DNA of 64,000 bases from Pseudomonadota bacterium (GTDB taxonomy: Bacteria > Myxococcota_A > UBA9160 > UBA4427), in NCBI GenBank assembly GCA_022361175.1, contig JAKSBN010000391.1:8457-72456 (forward strand). The letters run 5' to 3'. How positions within the stretch are numbered: the stretch's first letter is position 1; every line of letters starts with the position of its first letter. A program made the translations under genes and the position numbers. This document shows, one piece after another, positions 47,392 through 56,501 of the stretch. The notes under the pieces are model-generated. The model made no database searches, was not told the origin of the DNA, and saw nothing but the letters and a program-made list of their open reading frames with translations.

Positions 47392-47609
47392 CTGGCCGGT
47401 GAGTATTCGCACAGCGGACCGGTAACCCGCCAACGCGGGGCGGGTCGGCGGCAACGGGAGAAGTTGGAGAGTAGGAGGGTCGGGTAGGGCGCAGTGGCGC
47501 CCCGAAACGAGCGGGCGGTGAGCCGAAAGGCGCGCGGGCGGGCGAAACCTTTCCGTGCGTCCCGGGCACTACACACCCGTAGGCAAACCCGCCACCCGAG
47601 AAGACGGAC

Positions 47610-49013
47610 ATGCTACGGGAACACAAGCGGCAGCTCTATTGGGCATGGATGGCCACCGACCTGGCCATCGGCACCAGCGTATTCATCTCGTTGGTCTTCC
47701 AGCCCGCGCTTCAGCGCGACGGCTTCAGCGAAGGCGGCGTGGCGCTGGCTGCACTGGGGGCCGTCGTGTGCCTGGCCTGGCCGCTGATCTTCGAACGGCT
47801 GGGCGTCTACGCCTCACAGCGCCGCGAGAGCTTGGGCGGCCTCCTGGGCTCGCTCGCCGCTGCCCACGCCTTGGGCGCCATGTGCCTCTCCGCGGTCGCC
47901 TTCACCCTGGACGCCCGGGTCGCGCCGCTCTTCCCCTTCATCTACGCGGCCACGGTGTTCGGCCTGCAGGGCAGCATGCGCGTGGTGGTGTTCTCGGTGC
48001 TGCGGGCCGTGCGGCGCTCGGGCGGAAACTTCCGCAACGTGCTCATCATCGGGGCGGGCCCCCGGGCCGCCGAGGTGCGCGCCACCATCGAGGAGCACCC
48101 GGAGTGGGGCCTGCGCATCGTCGGCTACGTGGACGACGGCGGTGGCGAATTCGTGCCCCGCGTGCCCGCGGAGGAGATCCACAAGCTGATGGATCTCCCC
48201 ACCTTGCTGCGCGACGAGAACATCGACGAAGCGTTGGTGGCGATCCCGCGGACGATGCTGCCCTTCATCACTCCGGTGGTGCGCGAGTGCGCGCTGGTGG
48301 GCGTGCCGGTCACGCTGTTGACCGACCTCTTCGGCGATCAGCTGCCGCCTCCCCGGGTGGGGCGCTTCGACTCCCTCGCCACGCTGAGTTTTGCCCCGGT
48401 TCACCACAACGACATCGAACTCGGCATCAAGCGCAGCCTGGACATCGCGGGAGCGACCGCGGTCCTGTTGCTCACCGCGCCGTTGCTGCTCCTGTCGGCT
48501 CTGGCCATCAAGGTGTCGTCGCCGGGGCCGGTGCTGTTCCGCCAGGTGAGAAGCGGGCTCCACGGACGTCGCTTCAACATGCTGAAGCTCCGCACCATGT
48601 GCATGAACGCCGAGTCCATGAAGGCGGAGCTCTTGCACCTGAACGAGATGGACGGGCCGGTCTTCAAGATCAAGGACGACCCCCGGGTCACGCTCGTGGG
48701 CCGAGTGCTGCGCCGCTTCAGCATCGACGAGCTGCCGCAGCTGTGGAACGTGTTGCGGGGAGACATGAGCCTGGTGGGTCCGCGACCTCCCACGCCGGAC
48801 GAGGTGTGTCAGTACGTGGGAAGCGACCGCCGCCGGCTGTCGATGCGGCCCGGGATCACGTGCCTGTGGCAGATCAGCGGGCGCAACGAAGTCTCGTTCG
48901 TCGAATGGATGAAGCTCGACCTCGAGTACATCGACAACTGGTCGTTGGCCGAGGACGTGCGCATCCTGATCCGCACGATCCCCGAAGTTCTGCGAGCGCG
49001 CGGCGCCAGCTGA
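47610..49013 (+). CDS. undecaprenyl-phosphate sugar phosphotransferase (WbaP/EpsB-type priming enzyme)
   Basis: N-terminal TM bundle, central Rossmann-like NVLIIGAGPRA, and C-terminal bacterial sugar transferase domain (KRSLDIAGA...SPGPVLFRQVRSGLHGRRFNMLKLRTM...DELPQLWNVLRGDMSLVGPRP). Confidence 0.9.
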   Translation: MLREHKRQLYWAWMATDLAIGTSVFISLVFQPALQRDGFSEGGVALAALGAVVCLAWPLIFERLGVYASQRRESLGGLLGSLAAAHALGAMCLSAVAFTLDARVAPLFPFIYAATVFGLQGSMRVVVFSVLRAVRRSGGNFRNVLIIGAGPRAAEVRATIEEHPEWGLRIVGYVDDGGGEFVPRVPAEEIHKLMDLPTLLRDENIDEALVAIPRTMLPFITPVVRECALVGVPVTLLTDLFGDQLPPPRVGRFDSLATLSFAPVHHNDIELGIKRSLDIAGATAVLLLTAPLLLLSALAIKVSSPGPVLFRQVRSGLHGRRFNMLKLRTMCMNAESMKAELLHLNEMDGPVFKIKDDPRVTLVGRVLRRFSIDELPQLWNVLRGDMSLVGPRPPTPDEVCQYVGSDRRRLSMRPGITCLWQISGRNEVSFVEWMKLDLEYIDNWSLAEDVRILIRTIPEVLRARGAS

Positions 49014-49029
49014 CGTTCGCGCCAGGGAG

Positions 49030-49060
49030 GGGCTCCCGCGCGGTCCGCCGCCGGGAGCCC
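49030..49060. terminator. GC-rich hairpin between convergent genes (possible bidirectional terminator)
   Basis: Arms GGGCTCCCG (49030-38) and CGGGAGCCC (49052-60) with a 13-nt loop and no T-tract. Confidence 0.3.
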
Positions 49061-49078
49061 GATCCCCAGAGCGAGCTC

Positions 49079-49513
49079 CTAGCCCGTCGCCCCCACCTCG
49101 AGCGTCTGCGTCGAGAGCTCCGATTCCCCGGCCTCGTTGAACGACGACGCCTTGTAGAGCCCGGGCGCGTCGCCCAGGACCAGCAACAGCTCCAGCTGCA
49201 CGCCGCCGGTGTCGTCGAGCAGCGCGGCGGGGAAGGTCAGCGACAGCGGGCCGTCGACCCGGCTCTGCGTGTATTCGATCCAGCGCACGCCGGCTCCGTA
49301 CTCCTGCACTTCGCCGAAGCGGATCTCGGCGAAGCGTTCGTACTCGCCCGTCTCGTCCGAGAGTTTCCACATCCAGATCCCTTGCACGTCCTGTTCTTCG
49401 AAGCCCGGGATCAAGAGCGCTACGCGCTCGGTGCCTTCGCAGGCAAACAGCGGCAGGGTGAGAGCGAACAGCAACAAGGTGACGGCGCTGCGCCGAAGCG
49501 TCCGTTGGACCAT
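49079..49513 (-). CDS. hypothetical lipoprotein
   Basis: Signal peptide plus lipobox: MVQRTLRRSAVTLLLFALTLPLFAC. No recognisable domain. Confidence 0.5.
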   Translation of the reverse strand: MVQRTLRRSAVTLLLFALTLPLFACEGTERVALLIPGFEEQDVQGIWMWKLSDETGEYERFAEIRFGEVQEYGAGVRWIEYTQSRVDGPLSLTFPAALLDDTGGVQLELLLVLGDAPGLYKASSFNEAGESELSTQTLEVGATG

Positions 49514-49718
49514 GATCGCCTCCGTGAAACGCCAGCGTTCATCGCCGTGCGAATCGCGGTCTTGATCGGTCGGGACGTGCGATGGGAATGTGGGTTCGCG
49601 CACAGCGTCGGAAGTACGCTGTCGCGAACGTGACCCCGCACACCGACGACGATGCCGACGGTGTGCGGGGTCACGAGGACGCCGTGACGGGCGTCAGTAG
49701 AAAGGCGGAAGCGTCGTT

Positions 49719-50426
49719 CTAGAAAAACGTGGCTGCAGAGAAGCCAGTGGCCGCAGCACCGAAGGCTCCCTGGAACGGGAACAACAGCTGATTCAGGATG
49801 TATCCGAACTGCACGATGTACGTCGGGTTCACGACGACGATGTCGCCGCCTTTCAGCAGGATGTTCGTCGACAGGTCGCCGCGTTCGATCGCGCTCAAGT
49901 TGACTTTGAAGACCGTGACGGTGTTGCCCTCGGAGCGAACCACCCGGAGGCGGCGCTTGGCGGCGAAGAGCGTCGTCCCTCCGACCAAGCCGATCGCTTC
50001 GGCGACGCGCGTATCGCGTTCGAGCGGCAGCGTCGCCGGCTCGCGCACCTCGCCGCTCACGGTGATGAGGGCGCTCCGCGCCAGCCCCACCGAGACGGTG
50101 ACCTTGGCATCGCGCTTGAAGCGCGCGATGCGACTCTCGATGTCGCCCGCGATCTCGGCCACGGTGCGGCCCGAGGCCGGGATGTCTCCGACCAGATCGA
50201 TGGAGATCATGCCGTCCGGACGCACGACCACGGTTCGTTCAATGGCGGGCTCGGGCAGGATGAACACCACCAGCTGGTCGGGCGGGCCCACCCGGTACTC
50301 GGTCTGCACCTGGGTCCGCTGCGGAGGCGGCGACGTGGCGCACGCTCCGAGAAGGACGACCGCGGCAATGGCGGTCACCAGCCGGGCCACGGACGAACCC
50401 GAGCCGGCACGGGCCGAGACGCGCAT
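49719..50426 (-). CDS. Wza-like polysaccharide export lipoprotein (Poly_export plus SLBB)
   Basis: Lipobox VVLLGAC. YRVGPPDQLVVFI, VRPDGMISIDLVGDIPASGRTVAEI, and SLBB-like ITVSGEVREPATLPL...RVAEAIGLVGG. Confidence 0.8.
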   Translation of the reverse strand: MRVSARAGSGSSVARLVTAIAAVVLLGACATSPPPQRTQVQTEYRVGPPDQLVVFILPEPAIERTVVVRPDGMISIDLVGDIPASGRTVAEIAGDIESRIARFKRDAKVTVSVGLARSALITVSGEVREPATLPLERDTRVAEAIGLVGGTTLFAAKRRLRVVRSEGNTVTVFKVNLSAIERGDLSTNILLKGGDIVVVNPTYIVQFGYILNQLLFPFQGAFGAAATGFSAATFF

Positions 50427-50575
50427 CGTTCGAATGCTCTTTTCCAATTTGGTTCCCCTCTGCTTGGTCGACGGGCGCCCCACACGGAGCGCACGGCGGT
50501 CGTATACCGCGAAACGCCGCGGGGGCCAGCTTACACGGTGCGAGGGCGGGGCTGAGGCGGAGGAGAAAGGGTGGG

Positions 50576-50890
50576 CTAGCCGAGGGTCTCGAATCCGAAG
50601 CGGGTGTGGCCGACCTGGATCTCATCGCCGGTCTCGAGTGTGGCGGATCGGACCCGCTTCCCGTTGACCTTCGTGCCGTTGGTCGATTGGAGATCCTCGA
50701 CCAGGAAGGTGTTTTCGTCTTCGTCGTAGAGGATGAGGGCGTGCTCGCGGCTGATGCCCTCGTCGAGGAGCGTGATGTCCGTAGTCGGGTTGCGGCCGAT
50801 CAGGGTCTCTTCGGAGACGAGGTCGTACGTCATGCCCTCGAAGCCGCCGTTCAGGATCCGGAGCCGAGCTTTGGGCGCTGCATCGGACAT
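50576..50890 (-). CDS. stand-alone FHA-domain protein (104 aa)
   Basis: LIGRNPTTDITLLDEGISREHALI...LVEDLQSTNGTKVNGKRV. Confidence 0.85.
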   Translation of the reverse strand: MSDAAPKARLRILNGGFEGMTYDLVSEETLIGRNPTTDITLLDEGISREHALILYDEDENTFLVEDLQSTNGTKVNGKRVRSATLETGDEIQVGHTRFGFETLG

Positions 50891-50999
50891 GAGCTCTCCA
50901 GCGGGGGGATCCGGGCCTCTGGACGGCCGCGCGGCTCCCTCCTGCCGGCGCTATCGGCCCCGTTGGCCCGGGGCTTGAGATGCTCGATGCCGACAACCG

Positions 51000-51803
51000 T
51001 TAGAGGCGGCGGTGATCCAGCACCGGGAGGGCCTGTCGCACCCGGTCCTGCTCCTCGAGCGAGCAATCCGCCACCACCACGCCCACCCGCTCGCCGGCCT
51101 GGGCCAGTACCACACCCCAGGGGTCGACGATCATGGAGCGGCCGTAGCTGGCGCGGTTCTCGCTGTGGCGCCCCCACTGGGCAGGAGCGATCACGAAGGC
51201 CTGGCTCTCCACGGCGCGCGCGCGCAGCAGGACCTCCCAGTGGTCCTTGCCCGTTTCGGGGGCGAAGGCGCTGGGGACCGCGATGAAGCGCACGCGCGCG
51301 GCGGCCATGGCGCGGTAGAGCTCGGGAAACCGCAGGTCGTAGCAGATGGAGAGGCCCACGCCGCCGAACGGCGTGTCGGCGACGACCACCTCCTTGCCGG
51401 GCGCGAACGTGGCCGACTCTCGATAGACACCCCCGCCCGTGTGGCCCAGATCGACGTCGAAGAGGTGAATCTTGCGGTAGACCGCCACGACCCGGCCGTC
51501 CGGATCGAGCAGCGGACTGCAGTTGTGCACGCGCTCGTCGCCCTCGATGACCTCCGGGAAGCTGCCTCCCAGGAGCCACACGCCGTGGCGAGCGGCCCAG
51601 TCGCTCAGTTGGCCGACGATCTCCCCATCGAGGCCCTGGGCACAGGGGAACGCAGATCCTTCCCGGCGCAGGTAGGCGAAGTTCTCGGGCAGGGCGACCC
51701 ATTCGGCGCCCTGCTGCACGGCTTCGGACACCAGCGTCTCTGCCTGCGCGAGATTGCCCGCCAGGTCATCGGTGGACGTCATCTGAACGAGACCGACCCG
51801 CAT
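51000..51803 (-). CDS. carbon-nitrogen hydrolase (nitrilase superfamily, Nit-like)
   Basis: Glu-Lys-Cys triad contexts: VALPENF, YRKIHLFD, GLSICYDLRFPE. Confidence 0.85.
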   Translation of the reverse strand: MRVGLVQMTSTDDLAGNLAQAETLVSEAVQQGAEWVALPENFAYLRREGSAFPCAQGLDGEIVGQLSDWAARHGVWLLGGSFPEVIEGDERVHNCSPLLDPDGRVVAVYRKIHLFDVDLGHTGGGVYRESATFAPGKEVVVADTPFGGVGLSICYDLRFPELYRAMAAARVRFIAVPSAFAPETGKDHWEVLLRARAVESQAFVIAPAQWGRHSENRASYGRSMIVDPWGVVLAQAGERVGVVVADCSLEEQDRVRQALPVLDHRRL

Positions 51804-51906
51804 GGGACCTGCCTTCGGATTGGATCCGGACGATTCCAGGTCCGGACGATTCCGGTTCGGTCCGGACGACCGGACGCTCCCGGACGGGCGCGACGGAAGG
51901 CCGAAC

Positions 51907-52791
51907 TCAGGTTCGGAACTGCTGCGGGTCCACTCCCGTGCGCCGGATCACGTCGTAGAAGTCCTTGCGGTCCTTCTTGGCCAGGCGGGCCGCGCGGCTG
52001 ATATTGCCGCTGCAGCGGCGCAGCAGGCCCTCCACGTAGCGCGTTTCAAAGGCGCGCTTGGCCTCCTTGAACGACGGAATCTCGTCGCCTTCGCTGGCGA
52101 GCATCAGAGCCTCGGCCGAGAGGGCACCGCCGCCGGCCAATCGCACCGCCAGCCGCACGCGCTCGCGCAGTTCGGCCACATCGCCCGTCCAGGACTCCTC
52201 GCTGAGCCAACGACGCGCGTCGGCGGTGAATCCGATCGGCGCCACCCCGATCTCCTCGGCGAAGATGGCCAAGAAGTGGCTCGCCAACGCCAGCACGTCC
52301 TCGCTGCGCTCCGACAGCGGGACCAACCCGATGATCTGGACGTCCGCCCCGGGCAACAACCCCGAAGCGTCGCTGGAGGAGGTGGCGAGTAGGCGCAGCG
52401 AGCCATTCTGTCGCGTGGCCTGCGCCAGGCGTTCGCGCACCGACGACGCGCAGCGGTCGAGCTGCGTCACCAACAGCGTGCCCTCGTTGGCGCGACCCAC
52501 GGCCCCGTCCGGGCCGAAGAGCTCGCGCGCCTGCTGGGTCTCCGCGGCGCCCGAAACGTGCGCGGTCACCAGCGGCCGGTTGGACCGTGCACTCCAGCCG
52601 TGAATGGCCCGCGCCAAATGCTGACGACCGCTCCCCGGCGGTCCCACGACGATGACGGGCTGGCTCGAGCGCGCCGCCGAAGAAGCCCGCTCGACTGCCG
52701 TTCGCATGGCGTCGCTCGCTCCAACAATCCGGTCTCCGCGTCGTCGACCCGCGGGTCGATCAGTTGCCGTTGCAGTCGTCGTGGATTCCAT
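51907..52791 (-). CDS. degenerate sigma-54-activator-like (bEBP AAA+ plus Fis-type HTH) regulator without a receiver domain
   Basis: IVGASDAMRTAVE, P-loop GPPGSGRQHLARAIH (Arg where the Walker A Lys sits), ELFGPDGAVGRANEGTLLVTQL (no GAFTGA and no DE Walker B), WTGDVAEL, and C-terminal HTH GNISRAARLAKKDRKDFYDVIRR. Confidence 0.7.
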   Translation of the reverse strand: MESTTTATATDRPAGRRRGDRIVGASDAMRTAVERASSAARSSQPVIVVGPPGSGRQHLARAIHGWSARSNRPLVTAHVSGAAETQQARELFGPDGAVGRANEGTLLVTQLDRCASSVRERLAQATRQNGSLRLLATSSSDASGLLPGADVQIIGLVPLSERSEDVLALASHFLAIFAEEIGVAPIGFTADARRWLSEESWTGDVAELRERVRLAVRLAGGGALSAEALMLASEGDEIPSFKEAKRAFETRYVEGLLRRCSGNISRAARLAKKDRKDFYDVIRRTGVDPQQFRT

Positions 52792-53175
52792 GGCGCTCCC
52801 TGCCTTGGTCCGTCGTTTGGTCCGTCACTCGCTCGAAACGATTTCGCCTCGGCGAGTCGACGGCCTCGATTTCCCGCGCTTCCAACGCAATCCTGTCATC
52901 CAGCGATGACCCTTGGGTCGCGAGCCGCGGAACTCCCGCGAACTCGGTCGCTCGATGGTCTGCCCCGGTTCCGGAGCCGGGCCTTGAAAGTTGTTGCACC
53001 GGTGGTGCAGAACACCACCTCATCCCCATGGCCCAAAGCCCTCAGTCGCCCGTGGCAACGATACGAGACTTATTGGGAATTCGGCATCTTGTCAATCGAT
53101 TTTGCGAGTTTGCGCTGAATCCCAAAACCCTCGGTTGACGGGTCTGAAGCCCCATGGTAACCGCTGCGAGGTGCC

Positions 53176-55011
53176 GTGAATCCCAAAACCCCGACGAATT
53201 CCGACGATCTCGAACGCCTGGAGGCGCCCTTGGACGGCCGCATCGCACCGCTCCCCGACGCGCTGGTGGATCAGATTGCGGCGGGCGAAGTCGTCGAGCG
53301 GCCCGCGTCGGTGGTGAAGGAGCTGGTCGAAAACGCGCTGGATGCAGAGGCGCGTCGAGTGCGGGTCGAGGTGCGGGAGGGAGGCCGCGCCCTGATCGCA
53401 GTGAGGGATGACGGCTACGGAATGTCCCCAAGGGATGCGAAGCTTGCACTGCGTCGCCATGCGACCAGCAAGATCCGCGAGGCCGACGATCTCACGCGCA
53501 TTGCGAGCTTCGGGTTTCGAGGCGAGGCGCTGCCGGCGATCGCCTCCGTGTCCCGCTTGCGGCTGGTGACACGGGCCGCCGCGGCCGACACCGCCTGGGA
53601 GCTGCAGGTCGAGGGCGGCGAGCTGGTGCGGGACCGCCAGGTGGGCGGACCTCCCGGAACGAGCATCGAGGTGGCCGATCTCTTCGGCCAGGTGCCCGCG
53701 CGGCGCAAGTTCCTGAAGAAGCCGACCACCGAGTGGGGCCACATCGCCGACTGGTTGACGCGTTCGGCGCTGGCACTGCCGGGCGTCCACTTCGAAGTGG
53801 TCCGCGACGATCGCCCCGCCTGGGTCTGGCCCGCGACCGACGACGGCCTGGAGCGCATCGCGGCGGTGCTTTCGGAGGCCGAGGCCGAGCGCCTGGTCTC
53901 CAGCGTGCACGACGAGCAGGGCGTCGAGGTCGAGGCCTACATCTCCACTCCCGAGTTCACGCGCGGGACTGCCAACGGCCTGTACCTGTTCGTCAACGGA
54001 CGCCCGGTGCGCGATCGCCTGCTGAGACACGCGCTGCTCGAGGCCTGTCGCGACGTGCTGCCGCGCGGGCGCTACCCGACGGCGGTGTTGTTCGTCGTCG
54101 TGCCCTTGGACGCGGTGGATGTGAACGTCCACCCGGCGAAGTGGGAGGTGCGTTTTCGCGATCCCCAGGCGGTTCACGCGGCCGTGCGCCACGCGGTGCG
54201 GGGGGTGTTGTCCGAGCGGCGCTGGTTGGGAACGGCCCAAGTGGACGCCCGAGTCCCCGTCGCTCCCGCGGAGCTCCCGCGACGGCCGGAGCCGGTCGAA
54301 CCGGCGGCTGGGACGACCCGAGACTGGGTTCTGGCCGAGCGTCGCGCGGACGCGCAAATGGTGGCCGATGCACCGGCCTCCCAGGCCCCGGCGCGCCCGT
54401 TCCGCTTCAGCGAGCTCACTCTCTTGGGGCAGCTCAGGGCCACCTACCTCCTGGCCGAGGGCAAGGAGGGGCTGGTGTTGGTGGATCAGCACGCCGCTCA
54501 CGAGCGGGTGCTCTACGAGCGTCTGCGGGCCGAGTGGGTCGCGTCGCGCGTCGAACGCCAGGGGCTGCTGATGCCGCTCCACCTGGAGCTCGATCCCGCC
54601 GGCGTCGCGGCGCTGGGGGAGGCCACCGAGACTCTCGCGGGGCTCGGCTTCGAGGTCGAGGCTTTCGGCGAAACGGCGGTCGTGGTGCGGGCGGTTCCGG
54701 CGCTGCTCGGGCATCACGACCCCGCCGCGCTGGTGCGCGGCTTGGCGGCCGAGCTGCGCGAGCGCCCGCTGCGCCGAGACGAGGGCGCGGGCGGCGTCCG
54801 GCGACTGCCGGCCCTGGATTCGCTGTTCGCCTCCATGGCTTGCCACAGCGCCCGCCGCGCCGGCGAGGCGCTCGTCGAGGCGGAGCAGCGCGCGCTGTTG
54901 GACGCCCTCGACGCCATCCCGTGGGCGCCCACCTGCCCGCACGGGCGCCCCGTGGCAGTCCTGCTTTCGAGCGGTGAGATCGAGCGCCGATTCGGCCGCG
55001 ACTACGCCTGA
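53176..55011 (+). CDS. mutL: DNA mismatch repair protein MutL
   Basis: IAAGEVVERPASVVKELVENALDA, DDGYGM, FGFRGEALPAI, and C-terminal CPHGRP. Confidence 0.9.
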   Translation: MNPKTPTNSDDLERLEAPLDGRIAPLPDALVDQIAAGEVVERPASVVKELVENALDAEARRVRVEVREGGRALIAVRDDGYGMSPRDAKLALRRHATSKIREADDLTRIASFGFRGEALPAIASVSRLRLVTRAAAADTAWELQVEGGELVRDRQVGGPPGTSIEVADLFGQVPARRKFLKKPTTEWGHIADWLTRSALALPGVHFEVVRDDRPAWVWPATDDGLERIAAVLSEAEAERLVSSVHDEQGVEVEAYISTPEFTRGTANGLYLFVNGRPVRDRLLRHALLEACRDVLPRGRYPTAVLFVVVPLDAVDVNVHPAKWEVRFRDPQAVHAAVRHAVRGVLSERRWLGTAQVDARVPVAPAELPRRPEPVEPAAGTTRDWVLAERRADAQMVADAPASQAPARPFRFSELTLLGQLRATYLLAEGKEGLVLVDQHAAHERVLYERLRAEWVASRVERQGLLMPLHLELDPAGVAALGEATETLAGLGFEVEAFGETAVVVRAVPALLGHHDPAALVRGLAAELRERPLRRDEGAGGVRRLPALDSLFASMACHSARRAGEALVEAEQRALLDALDAIPWAPTCPHGRPVAVLLSSGEIERRFGRDYA

Positions 55012-55033
55012 TCCGCGTTAGCATCCGCGCCCC

Positions 55034-55984
55034 ATGAACGCTCCCGCCGAACGTCAGCCCATCGTGGTGGTGACCGGGCCGACGGCCTCGGGCAAGACGC
55101 CGCTGGCCATCCGCCTGTGCCAGCGTTTCCGGGGCGAAGTCGTCAACGCGGACTCGATGCAGGTGTATCGGTACATGGACGTGGGGACGGCCAAGCCGAC
55201 GCTGGCGGAACGCGGCGAGACCCCCCATCACATGCTCGACGTGGTGACGCCCGACGTGGAGTACAACGCCGGCCGCTACGCGGACGACGCGCGGCGGGTG
55301 GCGCAGGCGGTTCGCGCGCGCGGCGACGTCGTCTTCTTGACGGGCGGCACGGGACTCTACATTCGGGCCTTCCTCAGCGGGATCGCCGACGGCGGCGAGG
55401 CGGACCCGGAGCTCCGCAGGCGACTCGAAGCCGAGGACGCCGCCGCCCGCGAAGCGGGAGACCCCGGTCGTCTGCACGCCCGGCTGGCCGCCGTGGACCC
55501 GGAAACGGCGGCCGCGCTTCACCCCAACGACGGCCGCCGGATCGTGCGCGCCCTCGAGATCTTCGAACGCACGGGGGAGTCGGCCTCGGTGGTGCGCCGC
55601 CGCCACGCGTTCGGCGATGCGCCGTATCGAGTGCTGCATCTGGCCCTGGATCCGGGTCGTGAGGTGCTGACGGAGCGCATCCACCACCGCTGCCAAGCGA
55701 TGATCGACGCCGGGCTGCTGCAGGAAGTACGGCGTCTGCGCGACTTGGGCTACGGGCCCGAACTTCGCCCGATGCAGGCCATCGGGTACCGACACATCCA
55801 ACCCGTCGTGGACGGGCAGGATACGCTGGCGAACGCCCTCGAGGCCATGCGTCGCGACACGCGCCGCTTTGCGCGTCGCCAGCGAACCTGGCTCCGGGCG
55901 GTGCCCGACGTCACCTGGCTCGATCCCCGCCAGCCGGAAGGAGTCGAAGAACTCGTGGCCGGCTTTCTCGAGAAGCCGGCCTGA
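55034..55984 (+). CDS. miaA: tRNA dimethylallyltransferase MiaA
   Basis: VVTGPTASGKT, NADSMQVYRYMDVGTAKP, HHMLD, and RRFARRQRTW. Confidence 0.9.
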   Translation: MNAPAERQPIVVVTGPTASGKTPLAIRLCQRFRGEVVNADSMQVYRYMDVGTAKPTLAERGETPHHMLDVVTPDVEYNAGRYADDARRVAQAVRARGDVVFLTGGTGLYIRAFLSGIADGGEADPELRRRLEAEDAAAREAGDPGRLHARLAAVDPETAAALHPNDGRRIVRALEIFERTGESASVVRRRHAFGDAPYRVLHLALDPGREVLTERIHHRCQAMIDAGLLQEVRRLRDLGYGPELRPMQAIGYRHIQPVVDGQDTLANALEAMRRDTRRFARRQRTWLRAVPDVTWLDPRQPEGVEELVAGFLEKPA

Positions 55985-55998
55985 AGCAGGGAGGGGCA

Positions 55999-56025
55999 GG
56001 GCGGGGCCCCAACGGCGGCCCGCCC
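55999..56025. terminator. GC-rich hairpin between convergent miaA and a minus-strand gene (possible bidirectional terminator)
   Basis: GGGCGGGGCC...GGC(GG)CCCGCCC, about a 10-bp stem with a 2-nt bulge and no T-tract. Confidence 0.3.
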
Positions 56026-56033
56026 CGCAGCGT

Positions 56034-56501
56034 CTAGAAGGGCGGCGTCGTGTAGTTGATTCCCAGCCGGATCGGCACCCAATCGTTTTCGATGTCGATC
56101 ATCGCCTCGCCGCGCTCGACCGGGTCGAAAAGCGGATCCAGCTCGGCGTCCAAGGGCAGCACGACGAGACCCGGCAGGAACTCGATGAAGCCCGTCGCGG
56201 TGCGCAGCAAGCTCGCACCGCCCTGAACCGTCGTCAGCCAGAAGTAGCCGGGGACGGCGTAGACGACGCGCACGGCGGTCGTGTCGTCGATGCTGTTCAA
56301 GTTGTTGTAGAGGTTCTGGCCCGCAAGCCACGGTGCCATGAGGACTTCCACCGGCCCCAGCACGACGTTGCTCACCGAGCGGATCAGGGTCTCCGTCCCC
56401 GCCTGGGCCGCGGCCGGCGCCAGCAGCAACAGGGCCCCCAGCGCGGCGGCGGTGGAGCGAAGAGTTCGACGATGGAGCTTGTTCACGGCTTTCCTCCCCA
56501 A
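56034..56501 (-). CDS. secreted hypothetical protein
   Basis: Signal peptide LRSTAAALGALLLLAPAAAQA. No recognisable domain. Confidence 0.45.
   Translation of the reverse strand: MGRKAVNKLHRRTLRSTAAALGALLLLAPAAAQAGTETLIRSVSNVVLGPVEVLMAPWLAGQNLYNNLNSIDDTTAVRVVYAVPGYFWLTTVQGGASLLRTATGFIEFLPGLVVLPLDAELDPLFDPVERGEAMIDIENDWVPIRLGINYTTPPF

Noticed and set aside
47392-47609. Possible c-di-GMP or other riboswitch in the sugar-transferase leader (CGCACAG.., GGCAAACC, GCGAAACC)
   Set aside because: I see only short fragments reminiscent of GEMM-type motifs, and I could not assemble the conserved two-hairpin architecture by eye. It is left as something an Rfam scan should settle, not as a call.
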